This document shows positions 51,383-60,704 of a DNA stretch of 64,000 nt, one piece after another. The stretch's first letter is position 1. Every line of letters starts with the position of its first letter. A program made the position numbers and the translations under genes. Source of the DNA: Oligoflexales bacterium (GTDB taxonomy: Bacteria > Bdellovibrionota_B > Oligoflexia > Oligoflexales > JAPPIL01); the NCBI GenBank assembly GCA_965215515.1, contig OZ244057.1, forward strand, positions 544,001 through 608,000, in the 5' to 3' direction. Below the pieces are notes generated by a model. That model saw nothing but the letters and a program-made list of their open reading frames with translations, was not told the DNA's origin and ran no database searches.

Positions 51383-52570
51383 ATGGCATTAGAAATGGTA
51401 GTGCTGTTTTTAGTTACCTTACTGGTTACATGGGTAGCCACCTTTTTCTTTCAGGTTAAACCAATTAGCAGACGAGCTTCCAATGCTGAAAAAGATCTTA
51501 CAGAAGCAAAAGCACGAATTAGTGCGTGGGAAAACACGGAGGCTCGCTTTTCCTCTTTGGCATACAAGGCTCTAAATTCCAATAGCGAACACTACCTAAA
51601 CCTTGTAAGTGAACGATATAGTCAACATGATAAAGATGCAAAAAATGACTTAGATAAACGACAAGAAGCCATAAAAACCCTTGTCTCACCTATAAGTAAG
51701 AGCCTGTCAGAATTTGAAGGTAAGGTTGGTGAGATCAAGAAAGAGTACGGATCGGTGACAGCAAAGGTTAGCTCTATGAATGACATCCAAGATAAACTAC
51801 GCTCGGAAACTAATCGCCTAGTGAGAGCTCTCCAACGTCCAGAAGGGCGCGGTGCCTGGGGAGAGCTTCAATTCCGTAATGTGGTTGAGATGGCTGGGAT
51901 GGCAGAACACATAGATTTTGAAGAACAAAGCACTATCTATGGCAAGGAAGACAAGTCACGTCCTGATGCAATTATTCGCCTTCCTAATGATAGGCTGCTT
52001 GTGGTGGATACAAAAACGCCAATTGACTCATATTTGGAAGCATCAAAAGCATCTAACGAAGACGAGCGCAAGGTTTATATGAAGAACTATGTAAACAATT
52101 TCAGAAAAAGCATAGATGACCTTTCTTACAAGAGTTATTGGGGTAAGCTACAGGATAAGCTAAAACGTGTACCTGACTTCGTAGTCATGTTCGTACCAGG
52201 AGAGGCATTCTTTTCTGCTGCCCTAACCTCTGACCCTAAACTAATTCAATATGGAGTAGAGAAGAATGTAGTGATTGCCAGTCCAACTACTCTTATAGCT
52301 CTTTTGAGGACAGTTGCCTACTGCTGGCAGCAGCACAAGTTCACCGAAAATGTGGAGGAGGTTTCAAAGCAGGCAAAAAAGCTATTTGAAAGCATCAAGA
52401 CGTTTGGTGAGCATATGTCAGGTCTTCGTAAAACTTTAGAAAATGCAGTGAAAAAATTCAACGACAGTATTGGCTCACTTGAGCGAAATGTATTACCAAA
52501 AGCAAGGAAATTTGTGGATTTAGGTGTTATTCCTGCCAAGGAGGAAATTCCGGAAATATCCTCCATCTAA
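51383..52570 (+). CDS. rmuC: DNA recombination protein RmuC
   Basis: N-terminal TM, RGAWGE.Q, RPDAII.LP...VDTK, DFVVMFVPGE and SPTTLIALL motifs. Confidence 0.92.
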   Translation: MALEMVVLFLVTLLVTWVATFFFQVKPISRRASNAEKDLTEAKARISAWENTEARFSSLAYKALNSNSEHYLNLVSERYSQHDKDAKNDLDKRQEAIKTLVSPISKSLSEFEGKVGEIKKEYGSVTAKVSSMNDIQDKLRSETNRLVRALQRPEGRGAWGELQFRNVVEMAGMAEHIDFEEQSTIYGKEDKSRPDAIIRLPNDRLLVVDTKTPIDSYLEASKASNEDERKVYMKNYVNNFRKSIDDLSYKSYWGKLQDKLKRVPDFVVMFVPGEAFFSAALTSDPKLIQYGVEKNVVIASPTTLIALLRTVAYCWQQHKFTENVEEVSKQAKKLFESIKTFGEHMSGLRKTLENAVKKFNDSIGSLERNVLPKARKFVDLGVIPAKEEIPEISSI

Positions 52571-52602
52571 ATGCCACAAATATTTTCCTGCCATACCTCC
52601 TT

Positions 52603-54438
52603 TTATGTAATAAGAACCTCAACTGGTATCTGTTCCTGAATCACCTTTGGAACTATCGCTAGGCCGATCTGAGAGCATTTTTCGTATATCCAGTTACTGT
52701 TGCCGCTAGATGTAACTAATATAGATCGGGCATGTAATTTCATTTGTTCGACAAAATCAATGCCCGTTAATTCAGAGTCTCCTAACTCGTTGTCTATCAA
52801 CAGGACGTAGTCCTCATCATTTTTCTCTAATTTCAGAATGATCTTTCTAGCTGACTTTAAATCCTTTGCATACACAGTTTTGATGTTGTTTTTCTCAAGA
52901 TCGAATCCAGCAAATCTTTTTTGCCAAACCTTATAGACAAGTGGATCGTCATCAACCACTACAACAGTCATATTCGCTGCGAATGCTAAGCTTGCTGGGT
53001 AGAGAATGTTTTCCTCTGCTTGTGGAATTAAAATCTCAATTGTTACTCCCTTGTCTTCTGGTGACTTGATATCGAGTGTGCCACCCCATTTGCTAACATC
53101 TTCGATGGCAGAAGAAAGGCCAACCCCTGTGCCATCCTTCTTGCCAATGGTTACACCTCTCTTACCCACCTTTTTCAGGTTCTCTGTGGCTATGCCTTTG
53201 CCATTATCGGAGATGACAATAGAAACCATACCACCGTCTGTGCTAACACGTGTCTTCACAAACCCTGCTGAGTCAATAGCCTCAATAGAGTTCTTATACA
53301 GATTGATGAGATCACGCTTGAATTTGTTCGGCTCTACCTCACAGTAGGAAGCAAAGCCATCGCCATCACAGCTAATATCAAATTTAATATCCTTACCTTC
53401 ACACAACTTCGACAGTTTGATCTCTCCGACGATTTGATAAATTAGAGCACTAACATGACAAGATCGCAGAATATCCTTAGGCTGATCTACTGAAACCTTA
53501 CTCATAGCTGCCAATCGCATTTCGTCTTCCGTCAAACTGCCAATCTTCGGTATATCAGTAACTGTGTTGCTGATTCTTTCAAAAACGGATTTTATGATTC
53601 CAACTTGAGCATCTTTTTGATCTAAACGATCTACAGCTGACTCTCCAATTACAAGAGAAGCGATAACGTCATGCCTTACTCTTGTTGCTACTTTGGCTAC
53701 TTGTGCTTTAGAAATTGCTCTTCTCGCAATAGCTTCGTTGCTCTTGCTCCTCTTGATGTACTTAAGGAGAATGGTGTTAAATTTGAAAATCTCTGAAAAC
53801 CTATTCAGTCCGTGATTAGACTCCAGAAACTTTTCCTTATTCGCATTCTTATCCAGCTCTTCAGAGTAATCATGAAGGGGAGTAGAGACACTTCTAGCTA
53901 GCCTCAGTATGTGTAAATATAGGTAAAGAGAAATTAAGGAAAATAGGATGCAAATTAAAGTGGCGAACCCCAAAATAGTCAGCACAGGAATTTGATAACC
54001 GACGTGAAGTATGCCTACTTCGGTATCGTGATAATAAATAGGCTCTGAAACCAAAACATGCGGCATCCCATTGTTCCAGTAATAGCTCTTGTTATTTATT
54101 TTTGCTAACTCTGTGGGATTCAGTCTCCTGTGATCAGAGATATAAACCTTTCCGCTGGGTAAAGTTATCCAAACATTCTTAAAGTTTCCCGACTTAACCA
54201 GTGTCTTTACAACTTGCGTAGGTAAAAAATCTCCGCCTAAAGCTACTGGCTGGCTTAAGCTTTTGCTGACAACTCCCAACGTCTGCAAGAGCTGACTGTG
54301 GTAGTAATAAGCACCAAATAGTAAGCCAACAAGGAAAGTGCTGACTGCACCAACGATAAATATCTTCAGCGATAACGCCTTTGCTTTTTTCTTAGCAAAG
54401 GCAATTATAGATTGAGGTTCATTAGGCTGATTTTGCAT
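52603..54438 (-). CDS. membrane hybrid sensor histidine kinase (2 TM, HATPase, C-terminal receiver)
   Basis: RVRHD H-box, NLYKNSIEA, ISDNGKGI, GTGVGL, and VVVDDD...LLID receiver. Confidence 0.9.
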   Translation of the reverse strand: MQNQPNEPQSIIAFAKKKAKALSLKIFIVGAVSTFLVGLLFGAYYYHSQLLQTLGVVSKSLSQPVALGGDFLPTQVVKTLVKSGNFKNVWITLPSGKVYISDHRRLNPTELAKINNKSYYWNNGMPHVLVSEPIYYHDTEVGILHVGYQIPVLTILGFATLICILFSLISLYLYLHILRLARSVSTPLHDYSEELDKNANKEKFLESNHGLNRFSEIFKFNTILLKYIKRSKSNEAIARRAISKAQVAKVATRVRHDVIASLVIGESAVDRLDQKDAQVGIIKSVFERISNTVTDIPKIGSLTEDEMRLAAMSKVSVDQPKDILRSCHVSALIYQIVGEIKLSKLCEGKDIKFDISCDGDGFASYCEVEPNKFKRDLINLYKNSIEAIDSAGFVKTRVSTDGGMVSIVISDNGKGIATENLKKVGKRGVTIGKKDGTGVGLSSAIEDVSKWGGTLDIKSPEDKGVTIEILIPQAEENILYPASLAFAANMTVVVVDDDPLVYKVWQKRFAGFDLEKNNIKTVYAKDLKSARKIILKLEKNDEDYVLLIDNELGDSELTGIDFVEQMKLHARSILVTSSGNSNWIYEKCSQIGLAIVPKVIQEQIPVEVLIT

Positions 54439-55246
54439 AAGACCTCAAGTCTTCATAGAGAATCTGACCTAGTTCAGTAAAAGTCACACCGTCGTAAGTA
54501 TTGAGTGATTTTATGAAATCATCTCTCAATGAGTTCAATACCTGATTGTAATACTTTTGCTCTTTCTTATCAGGGGTAACTTGGGTCAGGAATCTAACCA
54601 TAAAAGCCAAAGCAACCGTCGCATGGAAAGCTTGAATTGCTGGTCTATATGTTTTTCTAACGTAAGAAAAAACAGGAATGTCTAGTCCCTGTGCAATTAT
54701 TGGGTCAGCTGTCTGATAGATGTAAAGGCATTGATGTCCTAGCTCATGAGCAATGTTAATGGCAAGCTCTAGTTTCTTATTCGGCACACTCAGAAAAACG
54801 CTACCTTTAGCTAGGTGTGTGCTAAAGCCGATGCCAGCACTGCGACTCTTCAGCTTGCTGATATTTATCGGTACAATATGCTTTACCACTTCGTCAAACA
54901 ACACCGAAACATCTTGATTGCTACTTCCCTGAACCAAATATACCGCGGTCTTGAGTGTTTCAAGCTCTTGAGAAGAGATATTGCCCAACGAAAGATTTTT
55001 ATCGTCTTTACCATAGAGGTATAGCTGCTCAAGTTTTTCAGAGATATTTTTGTCTAGCAAGATACGATCGTCTATCTCAAAGAGTGTGCTCAAGTCATGC
55101 AAATGCTCTAGGTTACTCATCCAAGGGGAATAGACTTTGTAGTTGGTACCTAGGACAGAGTTAACCAGCCTCACGGTCTTTACCTTGAAAGTACAGCTCA
55201 ACTCTTGAATCTTGGCCAATCCATATTTTCCAAAAAACCACTCCAT
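54422..55246 (-). CDS. HExxH-motif peptide-modification protein (alpha-KG-HExxH dioxygenase-like)
   Basis: GFS..LAKGSVFL, IAHELGHQ.LY and FSYVR...RP..AFHA, the pattern of RiPP-associated HExxH proteins. Confidence 0.8.
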   Translation of the reverse strand: MEWFFGKYGLAKIQELSCTFKVKTVRLVNSVLGTNYKVYSPWMSNLEHLHDLSTLFEIDDRILLDKNISEKLEQLYLYGKDDKNLSLGNISSQELETLKTAVYLVQGSSNQDVSVLFDEVVKHIVPINISKLKSRSAGIGFSTHLAKGSVFLSVPNKKLELAINIAHELGHQCLYIYQTADPIIAQGLDIPVFSYVRKTYRPAIQAFHATVALAFMVRFLTQVTPDKKEQKYYNQVLNSLRDDFIKSLNTYDGVTFTELGQILYEDLRSYAKSA

Positions 55247-55254
55247 TCACACCT

Positions 55255-56765
55255 CTAGTGTAGAACCGTGCGTTCTAAAAAGAAGGTGATGCCACCGTCT
55301 TGAACACCAACACTCTTAACCCGTTTTGAATTAACAGATACTAGCAATTTTTTTTCAAACAAAGGCACTAGCCATACATTGTCCTGTACGTATTGGGATA
55401 GTTTTTTTACAGCAGCTACCCTCTGCTCAAGTGTGTTTGAAAGTTGCGCTTTGTTAAACAAGTCCTCATACTCCTTATCGTGCAAGGGGAAGTGCGGCCG
55501 CTTAGGTGATTTTTCCCCTCTAAGCAAGCCAAATAAGATCAACGGATCAGCAACACCAGCACCGAGTGAAGTGAGACGAAACAGTGTATCTTTGTTGTCA
55601 GTTGGAAAGAACTTAACTGTTGACCGCACCAGTTTGATTTTTAAACCAACCAACGCAAGTTGTTTCACCAGTTCTCGAATATAACCTCCGTATTTTTCAT
55701 CATCCAAACTTCCGTAAAAACTGGGATCTCATACTGTTTAGTTAAGTCAAGGTTAGGCACGCTTTTTAGCAATTTTTTAGCTGCTTCTGTGTCTCTAACT
55801 ATCTTTACCTCTGTGCGCCCCCAAAAGTGCTGGGCTAGAAATTCGTGAGCTGGGGTATATGTCTCAACACCTTCAGCAATTTTATCTCTGTCGATGGCGA
55901 TGTTTATCGCTTTTCTAAACCTTATGTCGGCTGCTATTGGGTTGTTGAAATTGAAGTTAATACTGGTGAGACCAGCAGCACGCTTTGATATCACCATATC
56001 CATATCTTTCCTAGGAACTGTCATTTCAATATCAGCATTACGCAACTCGCTTCCGTAGTACAGCGCAATTTCTTTTGCTGAAGTCACATCACCTACCTTC
56101 TCCAAAATGAGAGTTTTTGCATCTCGATTGTGAGCTTTGACTTTGTAGTTGCCAGCTCCGATCGGCACATCCTTCCAAGCCTCGTAGTCATCTGTGAAAG
56201 CTTCGATAGGAACGATAGAAAAATACGGACTAGCTAAGGAATGTAGAAATAAAGGGTTAGGTTTTCTCAGTTTTACGCTCAGAGTTCTATCATCAATAAT
56301 TTCTATACCGCTTACCTTCCCACTAACAAATTTTGTACTCCCTTCTACAGCTTCAGTCCCCTCTATTTCATTAAGGAAAGGAACAAAAAATGATCTGCGG
56401 TTAGAGTAAAAGCCACGAAGAATAGAAAACTCTAAGTCCTTTGCAGTAACTTTACGACCGTTATGAAACTCAAGTCCTTTCCTTATTCTCAAGATGTATG
56501 CTTCTTTTTCGTAATCCCAGTTGAAGGATTCCAGCAATCCTGGTTTCAGATCGTAAGAGTTCGATGTATAAACAAGCTGCCCTAGTACCGGAACGACAGT
56601 TGCTCTTAAAACATCGACTGGTACATCTTTGACAAAAGGAACTTGTCCTCCTGAGTCTAACTGAACACGAAGCACATCTTGTTTCGATGCTGTTGCTGAC
56701 TTGCTTTCAGATGTTGATACTACTGTCATGATAATTCCCCAAGTTGTTAGCATAAAATAGAGCAT
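55255..56765 (-). CDS. family-5 (OppA/DppA-like) solute-binding protein, split by a 1-nt frameshift
   Basis: PGLLES, FHNGRKVTAKDL.FS, PIGAGNY, FRKAINIAIDR and C-terminal VPLF; frame restored by one extra T at 55716-55720. Confidence 0.85.
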
Positions 56766-56766
56766 A

Positions 56767-56973
56767 TCACCTTACATCATGTTCATGTCGAGAGTGAACA
56801 ATCAGGTCTTCTCTCAATATTGGCGTTGTTCTTTCTTTCAGCTTCTCCAAAATTTTTTTGCTTGCCATAATGGGAGGAGCAGTATCTGTAACTACAGGAT
56901 CAATAGCCCAGCCTTCATTTGTCTGAGAGAACCCCAGTGCTGCCGCCAACATCAGTAGTGTTTTCCTGAACAT
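56767..56973 (-). CDS. 68-aa exported peptide, candidate RiPP/signal precursor
   Basis: SD aggaggt just upstream of the ATG; signal-peptide-like N-terminus; C-terminal VHSRHEHDVR. Confidence 0.78.
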   Translation of the reverse strand: MFRKTLLMLAAALGFSQTNEGWAIDPVVTDTAPPIMASKKILEKLKERTTPILREDLIVHSRHEHDVR

Positions 56974-56988
56974 GATACCTCCTCTTAA

Positions 56989-58395
56989 TCAAACACCTCG
57001 ATTAGAAACTAAGCCAAGGCTTTTGCGTTTATGTATGTAAGTCGTATATGGTAAATCTATCAAGCGAGCCGCTTCTACACGTTTTCCATCGGCAAGCATC
57101 ATAGCCTTTTCGAGGTAGTCACGTTCCAAACGATTTCGTATCTTTTCGACGAACTCCTTATAGGTAGGAAAATCTTCTGGCCTTTCGATTTTTTTGAGTG
57201 ATAATCTGCTGTCATTGTTTTCAAACAAGCTTGAGAATGAAAAGCAATCAATAACGTTACCAGCTAGGGCGTAGGCTTTGCGTATCTCACTACTCAATTC
57301 CCTGACGTTTCCAGACCATGCACGGGTCTTTAAGATTTCTATCGCGTCATCAGTGATACGTTTTTGTGAACCGGTTTCTAAATTCTTTTTTTCGACGATA
57401 AATCTGGCAATTGGCTCGATGTCTTCTTTTCTCTCTGCTAGGGATGGCACATGTATGTGAAATATATTTAGCCGATAGTACAAATCTTCACGAAAATTGC
57501 CCTTCCTCACCTCGTCGAATAAGCTTTTGTTGGTGGCAGCAATAGCTCGAACATCAATCTTTGTTGATGTATTACTCCCGACTGGGACAACTTCTTGCTC
57601 CTGCAACACTCGGAGCAACTTAACTTGCATGTCGAGAGGCATTTCTCCGATTTCGTCTAAAAATATCGTTCCAGAGTCAGCAGCAACAAATTTCCCCGTT
57701 TTGTTTCTGTATGCTCCTGAAAAAGAACCTTTGGTGTGCCCGAACAACTCACTTTCAACAAGTTCTTTAGGAATAGCTCCACAGTTTATAGCGATGAAGT
57801 TGTTAGATTTTCTTTGCGAGTTGTTGTGAATTGAACGAGCTACCTGTTCTTTACCTACACCTGATTGGCCAGTAATAAGGACATTTTCACTGGCTTTAGC
57901 GTATTTATATACCTCTGTGGCAACGTTTGCTAAAGCGGAGGAATAGCCACGCAGGTTTAATACTTTTTGAATCCACCTATCGTTGGCCTCTTGCTCTTCA
58001 TTAGAGAGCTTGCCATATTTTATTCTCAATGACGCTATTTCAGAGATAAGCAGGATAACCTCTTTGCTCTTCTGCTTCAGGTAGGTGTGATCAGCTCCAG
58101 CTGAAGTACACAAGACCGATTCCTCGTGAGATAAGCACGCCGAGAGGATGACCGTATGCATCATGGGATCAATCCTCTTGATCGCTCTCACTACTTCGTC
58201 GCCTTTGGTAGGCATATCGAAGTCCACTATTGCCATCCGAAACGGCGTATCGTCTGCCTTAGCCTGTTCAATGGCGCGCAGAGCCTGTTCTGGATCGGTG
58301 AAGGTCGCTAAAGGAATCTGTCTTTCGCTGAAGAGTGTCCTAGTAGCCGTTAGGAACATCTCATCATCGTCGATAGCTATGACCCTTGGATTCAT
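56989..58395 (-). CDS. sigma-54-dependent response regulator (NtrC family)
   Basis: Receiver IDDD/VDFDMP, GQSGVGKE, ESELFGH.KGSFSGA, FLDEIGE, FREDLYYRL, WSGNVREL and Fis HTH; SD ggagg before the ATG at 58395. Confidence 0.93.
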   Translation of the reverse strand: MNPRVIAIDDDEMFLTATRTLFSERQIPLATFTDPEQALRAIEQAKADDTPFRMAIVDFDMPTKGDEVVRAIKRIDPMMHTVILSACLSHEESVLCTSAGADHTYLKQKSKEVILLISEIASLRIKYGKLSNEEQEANDRWIQKVLNLRGYSSALANVATEVYKYAKASENVLITGQSGVGKEQVARSIHNNSQRKSNNFIAINCGAIPKELVESELFGHTKGSFSGAYRNKTGKFVAADSGTIFLDEIGEMPLDMQVKLLRVLQEQEVVPVGSNTSTKIDVRAIAATNKSLFDEVRKGNFREDLYYRLNIFHIHVPSLAERKEDIEPIARFIVEKKNLETGSQKRITDDAIEILKTRAWSGNVRELSSEIRKAYALAGNVIDCFSFSSLFENNDSRLSLKKIERPEDFPTYKEFVEKIRNRLERDYLEKAMMLADGKRVEAARLIDLPYTTYIHKRKSLGLVSNRGV

Positions 58396-58446
58396 GGTTT
58401 CCTCCGTGCTCAAGTAAACATTTTCGTCCGCAAAAGGCAGAGTGTA

Positions 58447-58462
58447 GGCAAAGTTCGTGCCA
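58447..58462 (-). promoter_or_regulatory. sigma-54 (-24/-12) promoter of the peptide-signalling operon
   Basis: Minus strand reads TGGCACGAACTTTGC, matching TGGCACG-N4-TTGC. Confidence 0.85.
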
Positions 58463-58818
58463 AAACATATAACATCCTTAAATCACAGATTTTTTATGCG
58501 GAAGGGGAAACAGCAGTCAAATCTCTACAAGATGTTGTAGCCCTCCAAGCTCAACTCCTCTAAGCAGGTCAACAAGCTATCCAGATAACTGGAAAAAGAG
58601 CGTATGCGATCGATCTGGTTATGGCTACAACTTTTTTTGTGGTTTATGGCAAAATCAGATTTAATTACTGATAAATTATTAAAACTAGGGGACTTATTTC
58701 TGAAAGTTGATTGCAACAAAAAGTTGTAGCTGCTGGGTTGAGGGGGGACTACCAGTCATGGCTGTTCTCCTCTTCCGAGGAGCTTGCGGTGCGAATGACG
58801 TGGATGATGGGCTTGTAG

Positions 58819-58866
58819 CGCAATATGTAACGCAGTATGTAACGCAATATGTAATTGAGCATGTAA
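58819..58866. repeat. 12-bp tandem repeat (3 near-perfect + 1 degenerate)
   Basis: cgcaatatgtaa cgcagtatgtaa cgcaatatgtaa ttgagcatgtaa. Confidence 0.85.
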
Positions 58867-58890
58867 TGAATTTTTTCCCCATTGAAATCA

Positions 58891-58919
58891 TTGACAAAAA
58901 TTAAATTCTCCTGCATAAT
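58891..58919 (+). promoter_or_regulatory. sigma-70 promoter of the abiE operon
   Basis: TTGACA-17 nt-CATAAT. Confidence 0.75.
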
Positions 58920-58945
58920 ATTCATGTAGTGCATGAGTTTTGTGC
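58915..58945. repeat. 31-bp direct repeat, copy 1 (palindromic operator-like)
   Basis: ataatattcatgtagtgcatgagttttgtgc; 29/31 identical to 60419-60449. Confidence 0.9.
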
Positions 58946-58950
58946 GTTAA

Positions 58951-59529
58951 ATGAGGAACGAGAAGTATTCGTTACTATACCAGATTGCCCTTGAGCAGCA
59001 GGGGCTGTTTACCGCCAAGCAAGCTAAACAGGCAGGCTTTGATGGGCGCAATCACCCATACTATGTGGCGAGAGGCGATTGGGAAAAAGAACACCGCGGG
59101 ATATATCGTTTGTGTCACTTTCCCAACGAGCCATCATCGGAATATACCCTCTGGTCTCTGTGGTCATGCAACCGGGATGGTGAGCCTCAGGGTGTCTACT
59201 CTTATGAAACGGCACTCAGTATTTATGACCTCACAGATCTAAATCCTGCTAAGATAACGATGACAGTACCGCTTGGCTTTCGCCGCAACGCACAGATACC
59301 CGGTATCCTTATTCTCCGCAGGGGAAAGCTTACATCAGCTGATTGGCAGGCGATAGAGGGTTACAGAGTTACCACCCCTGTTAGGACTTTGTATGATGTT
59401 ATTTTTTCCGACCATATACCTGAGGAGTTCATCTATCAGGCGGTAAGAGAGGGCTTCGCAAACGGACTATATCCCAAACGCAAGTTGCAAGAATACGGAA
59501 TACTCGACAAGGTAAAAAAATACCGATGA
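58951..59529 (+). CDS. abiEi: type IV TA AbiEi-family antitoxin
   Basis: A.EQQGLFT, RGIYRL, SYETAL..Y.L and VTTP.RTL.D motifs. Confidence 0.88.
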   Translation: MRNEKYSLLYQIALEQQGLFTAKQAKQAGFDGRNHPYYVARGDWEKEHRGIYRLCHFPNEPSSEYTLWSLWSCNRDGEPQGVYSYETALSIYDLTDLNPAKITMTVPLGFRRNAQIPGILILRRGKLTSADWQAIEGYRVTTPVRTLYDVIFSDHIPEEFIYQAVREGFANGLYPKRKLQEYGILDKVKKYR

Positions 59530-60386
59530 AATATAAATCGGCAACTGCCCTTCGACATGCAATACAGCACCGCCTGAGTTTAATCTCAGAAGGTAGGGAA
59601 GAGAGCGTGCAACGTCTGCGTCGGCATCTTGCCTTTGAGCGTTTGTTGGCAAGAGTCTTCAAGCAACCATCATCACCTTGGGTTCTGAAGGGTGGTTATG
59701 CTATGGAGCTGCGGCTACAAAGCTCTAGGACAACTAGAGACGTTGATCTCGCTGTATCGGAGGAGCGTCTGCTCACTTCAGGACACGAGCAGGTAGCAAA
59801 AGCTGTGCATACTAGGCTAATGGAATCACTAGCTGAAGATTTGGGTGATTTTTTCTCGTTCAAATTAAAGGAAAAGTACACTAAATTGTTTGCACCGCCT
59901 AGTGGTGGTGTCCGACTCTATGTTGATGCGATACTAGATAACAAACTGTTCTCCAGATTTCATATAGATGTTGGAGTTGGTGATGCCGAGATAATGCCTT
60001 TAGAAAACCTGACTAGTAGAAATCTGTTGGCCTTTGCCGGCATCGACTGCCCGCCGTTCCCATCTATTCCACGTGAACAGCATTTCGCTGAAAAAGTGCA
60101 TGCCTACACAACGCTGTATAATGGTCAAATGAGTTCACGCGTCAAGGATTTGATCGACATGGTGCTACTCATCCAAGGCGGCAAGATGGACAAAGTGAAA
60201 TTAGCAAAGGTGCTACCTCAAACTTTCAGCGTACACAAGAAGCATGCATTGCCACAAAAACTGCCAACACCACCTGCAAAATGGGCAACGAAGTTCGCCA
60301 CTCTTGCAGCAGAATGCCATTTGGAGTTGAGTCTTGAAGATGCCTTTGATCTCGTTAGCAGATACTACGATGAGTTGTCTACCTGA
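59526..60386 (+). CDS. abiEii: AbiEii/AbiGii nucleotidyltransferase toxin
   Basis: WVLKGG..ME.R...RTTRDVDL, AEKVHA and SRVKDL.D motifs; ATGA overlap with the antitoxin. Confidence 0.9.
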   Translation: MKYKSATALRHAIQHRLSLISEGREESVQRLRRHLAFERLLARVFKQPSSPWVLKGGYAMELRLQSSRTTRDVDLAVSEERLLTSGHEQVAKAVHTRLMESLAEDLGDFFSFKLKEKYTKLFAPPSGGVRLYVDAILDNKLFSRFHIDVGVGDAEIMPLENLTSRNLLAFAGIDCPPFPSIPREQHFAEKVHAYTTLYNGQMSSRVKDLIDMVLLIQGGKMDKVKLAKVLPQTFSVHKKHALPQKLPTPPAKWATKFATLAAECHLELSLEDAFDLVSRYYDELST

Positions 60387-60408
60387 TCTATCTACTAGAT
60401 AGGATCAG
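60383..60408. terminator. hairpin immediately after the toxin stop
   Basis: ctgatc-tatcta-c-tagata-g-gatcag inverted repeat; no U-tract. Confidence 0.35.
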
Positions 60409-60418
60409 TCGCATTCGT

Positions 60419-60449
60419 ATAATATTCATGTAGTGTATGAATTTTGTGC
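60419..60449. repeat. 31-bp direct repeat, copy 2
   Basis: ataatattcatgtagtgtatgaattttgtgc. Confidence 0.9.
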
Positions 60450-60704
60450 ATACAAGGCGGAACCATAGGTACTCGTTGTGTGCCAGATTGCCCTAGAGTA
60501 ACAGGGTCTATCTACTGCCAAGCGTGCTAATCAGGCAAGATTTGGTGGGTACAATCATCCATGCTATCTAGCGATGGGGCAATATGAAAAAATCTGCTCC
60601 AACTGTTGACCCAGCTGGAACCGTGCTTACACTCCAAATGTGATGACCAACAAGCAACACATATTATGCTGTCGGCGGGTTGATAGTTGAACTGACGAGG
60701 AGTA

